From: Roseithermus sacchariphilus
Lineage (GTDB): Bacteria; Bacteroidota; Rhodothermia; Rhodothermales; MEBIC09517
Direction: 5' to 3'
Assembly: GCA_003285105.1 (NCBI GenBank)
Contig: CP030158.1
Span: forward strand, 2,864,664-2,896,663
DNA length: 32,000 bases
The position numbers and the translations under genes were made by a program. This document shows, piece by piece, positions 9,193 through 16,422 of this stretch (the first letter of the stretch is position 1; each line of letters starts with the position of its first letter). The notes beneath the pieces were generated by a model. The model was not told where the DNA came from, made no database searches, and was given only the letters and a program-made list of their open reading frames with translations.

Positions 9193-9237
9193 GGTTTCGT
9201 CGCGTCCGGTTTCGCCCCGACCGGTTTCGCCGCGGGA
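9193..9237. repeat. three tandem 15-bp units each starting GGTTTCG
   Basis: GGTTTCGTCGCGTCC / GGTTTCGCCCCGACC / GGTTTCGCCGCGGGA at 9193, 9208 and 9223. The inner 11-mer CCGGTTTCGCC is exact at 9206-9216 and 9221-9231. It lies between the response-regulator stop (9249) and the ATPase start (9130). Confidence 0.8.
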
Positions 9238-9248
9238 GACGGCCGGGT

Positions 9249-9953
9249 TCAGTCCGCAGCGATCTCCCCGTCGTCCAGGCAGTAGCCGACGCCCCGGATG
9301 GTGCGGATCTGCACCGAAGCGGCCCCGTCCCCGCCGACCGCGTCGCTCAGCTTGCGCCGCAGGCTGGACACCGTCGTGTTGATGACGTCGTCCGTCACGC
9401 CGAGCGCCGTCCCCCACACCCGTTCGGCGATGACCGTGCGGGTCAGCACGGTGCCCTTGTTGCGCACGAAGAGCTCCATCAGCCCGTATTCTTTCGACCG
9501 AAGCTCCAGGGATTCCCCGTCGATGAACACCAGGCGGCGGCGCGTGTCGACCGTCACGACACCGGCTTTCAGGTGGGTTTCTTCCATGAGGGCCTGGCGG
9601 CGACGCAGCAGGGCGCGGAGCCGGGCAAAGAGTTCCTCGAACGAGAATGGCTTCGTCAGGTAGTCGTCCGCGCCGGAATCGAGCCCGTGCACCCGGTCCT
9701 CGACGTCGGTCAGCGAGGTCAGCATGAGGACCGGGGCGTTGATGCCCGCCGTGCGCAGCCGCTTCGTGAGCGCCGGCCCGCTCTGCCCGGGCAGCATCCA
9801 GTCGACGATGATGGCGTCGTAATCGTTGGTTCGTGCCAGGGTTTCCCCTTCGATGCCGTCGGCCGCGGCATCTACCTGGTAGCCGTTTTCCTCCAGTCCA
9901 CTCACGAGCAACTCCTGAGTGAACGGATCATCTTCGATGACGAGGATCCACAT
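9249..9953 (-). CDS. OmpR/PhoB-family response regulator (receiver + winged-helix)
   Basis: Receiver residues are intact: VIEDD, IIVDWMLPG, LMLTS, YLTKPF. The C-terminal winged helix has LEL..KEY.LMELF and IRTIRGVGY. Confidence 0.88.
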   Translation of the reverse strand: MWILVIEDDPFTQELLVSGLEENGYQVDAAADGIEGETLARTNDYDAIIVDWMLPGQSGPALTKRLRTAGINAPVLMLTSLTDVEDRVHGLDSGADDYLTKPFSFEELFARLRALLRRRQALMEETHLKAGVVTVDTRRRLVFIDGESLELRSKEYGLMELFVRNKGTVLTRTVIAERVWGTALGVTDDVINTTVSSLRRKLSDAVGGDGAASVQIRTIRGVGYCLDDGEIAAD

Positions 9954-9954
9954 A

Positions 9955-9990
9955 GAACGCGAGGGTTAGGTCTGAAAGAGGCTCGCGTTC
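9955..9990 (-). promoter_or_regulatory. 9-bp-stem hairpin abutting the response-regulator start codon
   Basis: GAACGCGAG (9955-9963) and CTCGCGTTC (9982-9990) are perfect reverse complements. The 18-nt loop reads CCTCTTTCAGACCTAACC on the minus strand. On that strand the 3' arm ends 1 nt before ATG 9953. Confidence 0.45.
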
Positions 9991-10060
9991 GGTATCGACC
10001 CATCGTCTGAAATCTGAAATTCATTTTTGACATCCGTGGCCGGCGTGCCGCGGGCCGGTG

Positions 10061-10780
10061 TCAGGCGCCGTTCCCCCGGAAGCGATAGCCGATGCCGTAG
10101 ACCGTCTCGATGTATCGGGGGTTGGCGGGGTCCGGTTCGATCTTCTTGCGGATGGAGGCCATGTGCCGGTCGATGGTGCGGGTGATGATGTCCTGGCTGA
10201 TGCCCCAGACGTCTCGCAGCAGTTGCTTGCGGGTGACGGTATGGCCTTCATTCTGGATCAGGTACTCCAGGATGTCGAACTCCAGCGAGGTGAACGACAC
10301 CGGTTCCTGCCCGCGGAAAGCTTCGTGTGTGGAAAAGTTGATCTCCACCTCTCCGATGGTGTAGATCTCCATCGGCGCCCGGTCCGCCGGCTGGGTGCGG
10401 TAGAGGATGGCTTTGACCCGGGCGGCCAGCTCCTCGGCGCTGAACGGTTTGGTCACGTAATCCTCGGCGCCGAGGCCGAAGCCACGGAGTACGGATTCCT
10501 GCTCGCCCCGTGCCGTCAGCATGAGCACCGGGGCGGAGAAGCCCTGCTCCTGTGACTCTCGTAGCACGTCGAAGCCGTTCTTGCGAGGCAGCATCACGTC
10601 CAGCAGGACGATGTCGAAGTCCTGATCCGGGTCCAGCATCCGGGCCAGGGCCTCGTCTCCGTCCTGTGCCGTGGCGACCTCATAGTCATTGATTTCGAAA
10701 TACTCCTGCAACATCATGCAGACGTCCGGATCGTCCTCGACGATCAGCATCCGGTAGGTGGTATCCTTCGTTTTATGCAT
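10061..10780 (-). CDS. OmpR/PhoB-family response regulator (receiver + winged-helix)
   Basis: MLIVEDDPD, VLLDVMLP, LMLTA and YVTKPF in the receiver. The winged helix has LEFDILEYLIQNEG and IETVYGIGYRF. Confidence 0.88.
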   Translation of the reverse strand: MHKTKDTTYRMLIVEDDPDVCMMLQEYFEINDYEVATAQDGDEALARMLDPDQDFDIVLLDVMLPRKNGFDVLRESQEQGFSAPVLMLTARGEQESVLRGFGLGAEDYVTKPFSAEELAARVKAILYRTQPADRAPMEIYTIGEVEINFSTHEAFRGQEPVSFTSLEFDILEYLIQNEGHTVTRKQLLRDVWGISQDIITRTIDRHMASIRKKIEPDPANPRYIETVYGIGYRFRGNGA

Positions 10781-10821
10781 CGGGCGGCAGTAGGGCGTCT
10801 GAGGGTGGGCATGGAAGGCCG

Positions 10822-13071
10822 TCAGGGATCAGCCGGCGAGGCGGCGCGGCCGTCCACCAGGGGCAGGCTGATGAGGTTGGCGAAGAGCCGGTAGGCGCCG
10901 GGATGGAACACCTTGAGTTGTCGGTACCAGACCAGCGCCGTGTAGAGGTACGTGCCGCGGCCGACGGAGGCCAGCAGCGTGGACCCGCGCAGGGGGGGCT
11001 CGCCGGGGTCGTGCATGCTGAAGAGTTCCTGGTAACGCGCGTCGTAGGTGCGGGGGAAGTAGAGGCCCCGCTCCTGGACCCAGCCGTCCCAGTCGGCGGG
11101 GGTGATGGCGTTGGGGGCGTGGAACAGCACGTGGTCGGGCACGAGCAGGGTGACGGGGGCCGACTCGTAGGTCACACGGTCCCGGCCCAGCACGATCGGG
11201 TAGGGCGCCAGCGTGGGCGGGTTGGCCTGGCCGGGGCGGAAGGGGTCCGGGGCGTCCGGGTTCCACTCGAAGGTTTTCTGGTAGTTGACCACGAGATGGC
11301 CGCCGCGGGCCACCCAGTCCAGGAGCCGGTCGTTGTACCGGCGCAGATCCGGGCGGACGAGGTAGGCGCGGATGTCGATGACGATGGTATGGAGGTCGTC
11401 GAAGGTGCTCTTCGCGAGGGCCAGCGAGTCGAGCAGGACGTGGTCGATGCCCATGTCCGTCAGGGCCCGGGCGAGCGCGTCGTCGTAGCTCTGGACGACC
11501 CCCACGCGCAGTCCGGGGGGGACGGCCACGTCGAAGACGCGCGCCGGCACCTGCAGGCGGGCCGGAGGGGCCGGGGCCGTCGTTTGATCGGGCAGCGCGG
11601 TCACCGTCACCGTGTAGGTGCCCTCCGGTAGCGAAGCCGGCAGGGTGAGCCGGAGGGTGTCGGTACGGGGATGCCCGGGATGGGCCGCGAGGGCGAGTTG
11701 CTCGTGCCACATCACGGTGCGATCGTCGTCGCGGGAGACGGCTACGTTGAGGTGGATAGCACGCGCCTGCGGGTCGTAGAGGGTGCTCTCGATCACCAGC
11801 GGATTCATCCCGGGGCGGAGGCGCACGACGTCATCGGGGGAGGACAACGAGAGCGCCGGCGCGATCTCCAGCGGCAGGTATCCGGCGGCGACCCGTTCGT
11901 TGGTGCCGGCCCGGTACAGCGCATACCAGACGGGAGGGTGGCTGAGCCAGCGGTCGTACTGGCGCTCGGCACGGGGCAGGGTGGGCGCGGCGGTCGTCGG
12001 CACGTGCAGGGTGGCGACGCCCGGGGTCGTGTCCGACAGGTAGAGGGTGGTGTCGATGGCGCCGAAGAACTCCCAGCGCAGCCGTCGTTGCGGCAGCTGC
12101 GCGACGTCCCAGGACAGCCGGACGCGCTGCCCGGGCACGGCGATGGGGGTGTCCAGGCGCAGCGCGTCCTCCGGCAAGGCCGGCAGGCGGCCGGCGTCGA
12201 TCCAGTAGGTCAGGTCCGGGGTGGCCGCGGTGTTCGGGGGGAGGTGGGCGGCCAGGTCGTCCGGGGCGAGCGGTGCCGCGGTGGCCGATCGCAGCAGCGA
12301 GAAGTAGGTTGCCTCGGCCTGGAGGCGTCGTTGGGCGAACATGCCCATGCCCTGCGAGGCGTGCTCCCGGAGCGCTTCCATCGCGATCTCGCTGTAGGAG
12401 CGGCCCTGCTCGGGGTCGGTGGCGCCGACCGGCACGGCGACGTCGTAGGTCTCGGGCCGGGACCAGTGGCGCAGGAACAGCCGGTGAGGTTGCCACAGGC
12501 TCACGCCCGGCTCCTGCAGCTGCTCGGGGTGGTAGGTGGGGTCGGCGGCCAGCGTCATCGCGTCGTAGGCCGCCAGGCCCACGGCCTGGTGCTGCCCGTG
12601 CTGTCGGCGCGGCCCGACGGTCACCGTGTCGTGGTTGGTGAAGAGGACGTCAGGCTTGAGCTTGCGGATCAGGTAGACCAGGCGGGCCGTCACGGCGTCG
12701 CGGCCGCCCCAGGCCTCGAAGGCTTCGGAGGCGTGCTTGGAGAAGCCGAAGTCCTTGAAGTTGAGGAAGTAGACCTGCGTGCCGAGTATGCGAGCGGCCC
12801 GCAACGTCTCCTCCGTGCGAAGGGCGCCCAGGTCTTCGTACAACTCCGGCCCGATCTCATTCTGGCCGCCTTCGCCGCGGGTGAAGATGACGCTGTAAGC
12901 AATGGCGTTCTTCGCGTATCGGTAGTAGGCCAGCGTACGCCCGTCCTCGTCGTCCGGGTGAGCCGCGAGGTTCATGACGACGAGCGGGGCGGCGTCCTGC
13001 GCTCGGAGGGCAGGGGCCGGCAGGAAGACCGGGAGCAGCAGAAAGAGGAGGCGGAGTCCCGCGTACCGCAT
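10822..13071 (-). CDS. secreted PIG-L/LmbE-family deacetylase domain protein with long C-terminal extension
   Basis: PIG-L signature VMNLAAHPDDEDG near the N-terminus after a signal-like MRYAGLRLLFLLLPVFLPAPALRAQ. About 500 further residues end in a flavodoxin/GATase1-like looking segment (LRVGVVQSYDD...HTIVIDIRAY...GGHLVVNYQ). Start at ATG 13071; ATG 13089 is an alternative, and the track start at 13239 is unlikely. Confidence 0.75.
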   Translation of the reverse strand: MRYAGLRLLFLLLPVFLPAPALRAQDAAPLVVMNLAAHPDDEDGRTLAYYRYAKNAIAYSVIFTRGEGGQNEIGPELYEDLGALRTEETLRAARILGTQVYFLNFKDFGFSKHASEAFEAWGGRDAVTARLVYLIRKLKPDVLFTNHDTVTVGPRRQHGQHQAVGLAAYDAMTLAADPTYHPEQLQEPGVSLWQPHRLFLRHWSRPETYDVAVPVGATDPEQGRSYSEIAMEALREHASQGMGMFAQRRLQAEATYFSLLRSATAAPLAPDDLAAHLPPNTAATPDLTYWIDAGRLPALPEDALRLDTPIAVPGQRVRLSWDVAQLPQRRLRWEFFGAIDTTLYLSDTTPGVATLHVPTTAAPTLPRAERQYDRWLSHPPVWYALYRAGTNERVAAGYLPLEIAPALSLSSPDDVVRLRPGMNPLVIESTLYDPQARAIHLNVAVSRDDDRTVMWHEQLALAAHPGHPRTDTLRLTLPASLPEGTYTVTVTALPDQTTAPAPPARLQVPARVFDVAVPPGLRVGVVQSYDDALARALTDMGIDHVLLDSLALAKSTFDDLHTIVIDIRAYLVRPDLRRYNDRLLDWVARGGHLVVNYQKTFEWNPDAPDPFRPGQANPPTLAPYPIVLGRDRVTYESAPVTLLVPDHVLFHAPNAITPADWDGWVQERGLYFPRTYDARYQELFSMHDPGEPPLRGSTLLASVGRGTYLYTALVWYRQLKVFHPGAYRLFANLISLPLVDGRAASPADP

Positions 13072-13089
13072 GGCGCATAGGGTGTGCAT

Positions 13090-13101
13090 TGCCACGTGGC
13101 A
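13090..13101. promoter_or_regulatory. perfect 12-bp palindrome TGCCACGTGGCA
   Basis: Read directly from the sequence. It sits 19 nt upstream of the ATG at 13071 (minus strand), in the 216-bp divergent region shared with the M42 peptidase gene. Confidence 0.3.
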
Positions 13102-13254
13102 CGCCGGGTCAGGAGGGATGTTTCCCATCGCTTCGGGCGGTATACTGCGCCATCGCACGGCCTGTCGCCTGGAGGTTCGTCCATCTGCCGCATCGACGGA
13201 AGGGTTGCCTTCCCGGGGCCCGGGTCGTGCCTGCTGCATACCATCAGGCCCTTC

Positions 13255-13283
13255 ATCCTTTCAGACGCTATATCCTTTCAGAC
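13255..13283 (+). repeat. 12-nt direct repeat ATCCTTTCAGAC x2, 5-nt spacer
   Basis: Exact copies at 13255-13266 and 13272-13283. The second copy ends 4 nt before ATG 13288. Confidence 0.9.
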
Positions 13284-13287
13284 CCTC

Positions 13288-14364
13288 ATGACCGAATCGG
13301 ATCGTGCCTTTCTGTATCAGTTGTTGAACACCCCGAGCCCGTCGGGCTTCGAAGCCGAGGGGCAACGCATCTGGGCGCGCCACGTGCGCTCGTTCGCCGA
13401 CGCCGTGGAGGCCGATAGCTACGGCAACACCTGGGCTACGCTGCGGGGCACCGCGGCCGATGCTTCGCAGCGGTTGATGCTGGAAGCCCATGCGGATGAG
13501 ATCGGCTTCATGGTCAACTACATCACCGACGACGGCTTCCTGCACGTCAACCGGATCGGCGGGGCCGACCCGGCGGTGATGCGCGGACGCCGCGTGCACA
13601 TTCTGGGGAGCAAGGGCGTGGTGAACGGAGTGATCGGCCACACGGCCATCCACCTCCGAGATCGAAAGGACGAAAAGGTCCCGGAAGAGCACGAGATGTT
13701 CATCGACATCGGGGCGGCGGATGCCGAGGCGGTTGCGGCCCGGGGCATCCGGGTGGGCCATCCGGTGGTGTTCGCCGAGTCGGTGGAGGAGTGGCTGCCG
13801 GGCCGGCTGACGGGGCGGGCCCTGGACAACCGGATCGGCGGGTTCATCCTGGCCCGGGTGCTGGCCCGTCTGGCAGGTGAACCCCGGCCCGAGGTCGACG
13901 TGTGGGCTGTCAACAGCGTGCAGGAGGAGATCGGGGGCCACGGGGCGAAGATGGTAGCCTATCGGCTTCGGCCCACCGTGGCCGTGGTGCTGGACGTGAC
14001 GCACGCCACGGATTCGCCCGGGATCAGCAAGGCCCGGCACGGCCATGTTCGCCTGGGCGGCGGGCCCACGGTCACCCACGGAACGGCCAATCATCCCCTC
14101 GTGGTCGAACGCATCCTGCAGGTGGCCGAGCAGGAAGGGATCCCGCTGCAGCACGAAGCCTCTTCGCGCTACACCGGCACCGACACCGACGACATCTACG
14201 TCTCTCGTGGCGGAGTGCCGAGCGCGCTCGTATCCCTGCCCATGCGCTATATGCACAGCCCCGTCGAGACGGTCGCGCTCGAGGACGTGGAGCACGTGAT
14301 TCGGTTGCTCACGGCGCTGGCACGGTCCATCCGCCCGGACGATTCGTTCCGGGTGGCCGTGTAG
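13288..14364 (+). CDS. M42 family metallopeptidase (glutamyl aminopeptidase / FrvX-CelM-like)
   Basis: LLNTPSPSGFE N-terminus, metal-binding AHADEIGFMV, GRALDNRIG, VQEEIGGHGA and the C-terminal PMRYMHSPVE pattern. Confidence 0.85.
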   Translation: MTESDRAFLYQLLNTPSPSGFEAEGQRIWARHVRSFADAVEADSYGNTWATLRGTAADASQRLMLEAHADEIGFMVNYITDDGFLHVNRIGGADPAVMRGRRVHILGSKGVVNGVIGHTAIHLRDRKDEKVPEEHEMFIDIGAADAEAVAARGIRVGHPVVFAESVEEWLPGRLTGRALDNRIGGFILARVLARLAGEPRPEVDVWAVNSVQEEIGGHGAKMVAYRLRPTVAVVLDVTHATDSPGISKARHGHVRLGGGPTVTHGTANHPLVVERILQVAEQEGIPLQHEASSRYTGTDTDDIYVSRGGVPSALVSLPMRYMHSPVETVALEDVEHVIRLLTALARSIRPDDSFRVAV

Positions 14365-14406
14365 GCGGCACGACACCGGATGCGCCCCCGGCCGGGGAAA
14401 AACGAC

Positions 14407-14460
14407 GGCCTGCGACAGGGGCGGTCAGGCGCGTACGCTCCCCGGTCCCCGTCGCAGGCC
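14407..14460. terminator. long GC-rich hairpin between convergent genes (putative bidirectional terminator)
   Basis: GGCCTGCGAC(A)GGGG (14407-14421) pairs with CCCCGTCGCAGGCC (14447-14460). It lies between the M42 stop (14364) and the DUF1080 stop (14508). There is no U-tract, so function is uncertain. Confidence 0.35.
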
Positions 14461-14507
14461 GTATTCGATGGCGGGCCGGCACGCCCGCCGGAAGGGTTTC
14501 GCCCCGC

Positions 14508-15308
14508 TCAGTTCGCCTCCAGATCCCGAATCCACACGGTGCGGTAGCGCACCGGTTCGTTATGGTCCTGGAGCGACAGCGGGAGGCGGTCGGCATGGGC
14601 CGAATAGGGCGGACGGGCATGATGCCCGGTCGGGCCGGAGAGGGCGACGTTGTTCTGCACGAGGACGCCGTTATGCAGCACCGTCACACGGGCCGGCTCC
14701 GTCACGTTGCCCTGGGCATCGAACCGGGGGCGGCGAAAGATGATGTTGTAGCTCTGCCAGTAGCCCGGCGGCCGGGATGCGTTGACCAGCGGGGGATACT
14801 GGCCGTACACCGAGGCGGCCTGCCCGTCCGGGTACGTGTCGTTCAGGTACGAGTCCAGCACCTGGACCTCATACTGGCCCATGAGGAAGATGCCGCTGTT
14901 GCCGCGGTCCTGGCCGGTGTTGAAGGGCGGCGAGGGCGAGGCCCACTCCACGTAGAGTTGCACGTCTCCGAAGCCGTCCTTCGTCTGGATGGCCCCGGTG
15001 CCGGGCTTGACCTGCATGTAGCCGTCCTGCACGACCCACTCCACGGGACGGCCGTCGCTGTGCGTCCAGGCCGAGGTGTCGTCTCCGTCGAACAGCACGA
15101 TGGCGTCCGAGGGGATCGGGGCGCGCTGGAACTGGATCAGGCTCGGACCCGGGTCGACCATCGGAGGACGCGGGCGATTGAGGTCGTGGATCTCCCAGTC
15201 CGTGGAGGGTTGGGCCTGGGCGTGAGGCATGATCAGACCGCACAGCAAAAGGGCGCCGACGACGGCCATGGCCGCCGGCAGCCCGTGGAGGGGGCTCGGG
15301 GAATGCAT
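14508..15308 (-). CDS. DUF1080 (3-keto-disaccharide hydrolase-like) domain protein, secreted
   Basis: Signal-like MHSPSPLHGLPAAMAVVGALLLCGLIMPHAQAQ. Family-typical blocks are WVVQDGYMQV, FGDVQLYVEW, NSGIFLMGQYEVQVLDSY, VLHNGVLVQNN and the C-terminal YRTVWIRDLE. Confidence 0.8.
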   Translation of the reverse strand: MHSPSPLHGLPAAMAVVGALLLCGLIMPHAQAQPSTDWEIHDLNRPRPPMVDPGPSLIQFQRAPIPSDAIVLFDGDDTSAWTHSDGRPVEWVVQDGYMQVKPGTGAIQTKDGFGDVQLYVEWASPSPPFNTGQDRGNSGIFLMGQYEVQVLDSYLNDTYPDGQAASVYGQYPPLVNASRPPGYWQSYNIIFRRPRFDAQGNVTEPARVTVLHNGVLVQNNVALSGPTGHHARPPYSAHADRLPLSLQDHNEPVRYRTVWIRDLEAN

Positions 15309-15346
15309 GGTGGAGGCGACGGGTTGGTAAAACGGAAGGAAACGAC

Positions 15347-15586
15347 TCAGTCTACGTCCGGGCGCGTCAGGTACAGCCGCACATACCGGCGGTAGGGGTC
15401 GTGGCCTCCAATATACGCATTGGTCAGTTGCCAGCCTTCACGGCACAGGGCGGCAAAGGCAGGCAGGTCGCTCAGTCGCTGGCCGGGAGTGATGGGTAGT
15501 TCCGTCCATTTTTCATTGACCTCGGGTTCTTCGTCGGAGGTCACCTGCACCCGTAGAGAAGGAGGGGGGGCTAGAGTTGCGTACAT
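15347..15586 (-). CDS. hypothetical small protein (79 aa), weakly supported
   Basis: ATG 15586 to TGA 15347. Codon usage is less GC3-biased than in neighbours (GCA ACT CTA, GAA AAA, TAT ATT GGA). No recognised motif. The track's longer version to 15877 crosses an AT-rich stretch with very low GC3, so I reject it. Confidence 0.3.
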   Translation of the reverse strand: MYATLAPPPSLRVQVTSDEEPEVNEKWTELPITPGQRLSDLPAFAALCREGWQLTNAYIGGHDPYRRYVRLYLTRPDVD

Positions 15587-15691
15587 GATGGGAACGGACT
15601 CGACGTGTGGGTTGGGGACTCGTCTGCGGTATGCCGGCAGGTACCGGGATACACAACGGCAGCCTGCTTTTTCTAACCTTCCGTAATCAAT

Positions 15692-15708
15692 CGTTACAAT
15701 TTGTAACG
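15692..15708. promoter_or_regulatory. perfect 17-bp palindrome CGTTACAA-T-TTGTAACG (operator-like)
   Basis: Read directly. It lies in the AT-rich non-coding stretch about 105 nt upstream of the small ORF start at 15586 (minus strand). Confidence 0.35.
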
Positions 15709-15794
15709 TACCGGTGACGTCAGGGGGATCTGCCGGTGTCGCCGGAAGGGATGGGCCGGGGAACTGCTTCGCCGCTGATGTGCCATGCAAGTAC

Positions 15795-15822
15795 GCCCGG
15801 CTCCCCCACCAAGGAGCCGGGC
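15795..15822. other. strong 10-bp-stem hairpin in a non-coding region
   Basis: GCCCGGCTCC (15795-15804), loop CCCACCAA, GGAGCCGGGC (15813-15822). No adjacent U-tract on either strand. Confidence 0.3.
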
Positions 15823-16032
15823 GTCTTGACCCACCATCAGACGTGCACGATGGATGTAAGAGAAGTGACGAAGGCACGATGACCTTCTACCTGTATATTC
15901 GTCTTTTCCTGCGGAATGGGGTCACGCCTCGCAAAAAAAATTGAGATAGGACCGGCTCCTGGTCGGAAACCGACGGTCTGGAGAGGCGGCTACGGGGGAG
16001 AAGCGATCCGCCGCGGGTCGATGCGCAGGCGC

Positions 16033-16065
16033 AAAAAAAATCCTGCTCCGGGGAGGGAGCAGGAT
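16033..16065 (-). terminator. rho-independent terminator of tRNA-Arg
   Basis: On the minus strand: ATCCTGCTCC-CTCCCC-GGAGCAGGAT, a 10-bp stem with a 6-nt loop, followed by T7. It begins 7 nt after the tRNA 3' end. Confidence 0.8.
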
Positions 16066-16071
16066 AGGGGG

Positions 16072-16145
16072 TACGCCCTAGAGGATTCGAACCTCTGACC
16101 TTCAGAACCGGAATCTGACGCTCTATCCAGCTGAGCTAAGGGCGC
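16072..16145 (-). tRNA. tRNA-Arg (anticodon CCG)
   Basis: The minus strand reads GCGCCCT-TA-GCTC-AGCTGGATA-GAGC-G-TCAGA-TTCCGGT-TCTGA-AGGTC-AGAGG-TTCGAAT-CCTCT-AGGGCGT-A. This gives a full cloverleaf with a TTCGAAT T-loop and anticodon loop TT-CCG-GT. The top acceptor pair is a G1-U72 wobble, and CCA is not fully encoded (followed by CCC). Confidence 0.9.
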
Positions 16146-16422
16146 ATGGAGTACAGGCACGGTACCGCGTCGCGGCGGGTCGGGAATATAGGATGGGTGA
16201 TCCGCACGGAGCAAGTCAAGAGTCTGTGAGGACACCGGTAGATCCCGACGGCGGACGGGGATGCCGCGCATGCGGTGCATCCGTACCCTGTGCAGGGGGC
16301 GGATGTTCCGCGCACCTCCCAGGATCTTCTCCCCCGCCCGGGGCGTCTGCGGGAGGGAAAACCGGCGGCGCCACGGGCCACCGGGTGCCTGAAGCTGCGG
16401 CAGGATAGTTCAACCCACGGGC

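Noticed and set aside
15347-15877. The 176-aa version of the small minus-strand ORF, with a GTG start at 15877.
   Set aside because: The 5' extension crosses the AT-rich stretch 15660-15710, where third-codon positions are mostly A or T, unlike every confident gene here. Only the 79-codon distal part is retained, at low confidence.
15930-16041. Identical 12-mers CGCAAAAAAAAT flanking an 88-bp segment, considered as a target-site duplication of a miniature mobile element.
   Set aside because: The enclosed segment has no terminal inverted repeats. The right-hand copy is simply the U-tract side of the tRNA terminator. Only the left A8 tract lacks a convincing adjacent hairpin, so there is no support for a MITE.
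16283-16292. The 10-mer GTACCCTGTG is shared between the tRNA/sigma intergenic region and the leader at 19789.
   Set aside because: In a 32-kb window hundreds of 10-mer coincidences are expected by chance, and there is no extended similarity around the match.
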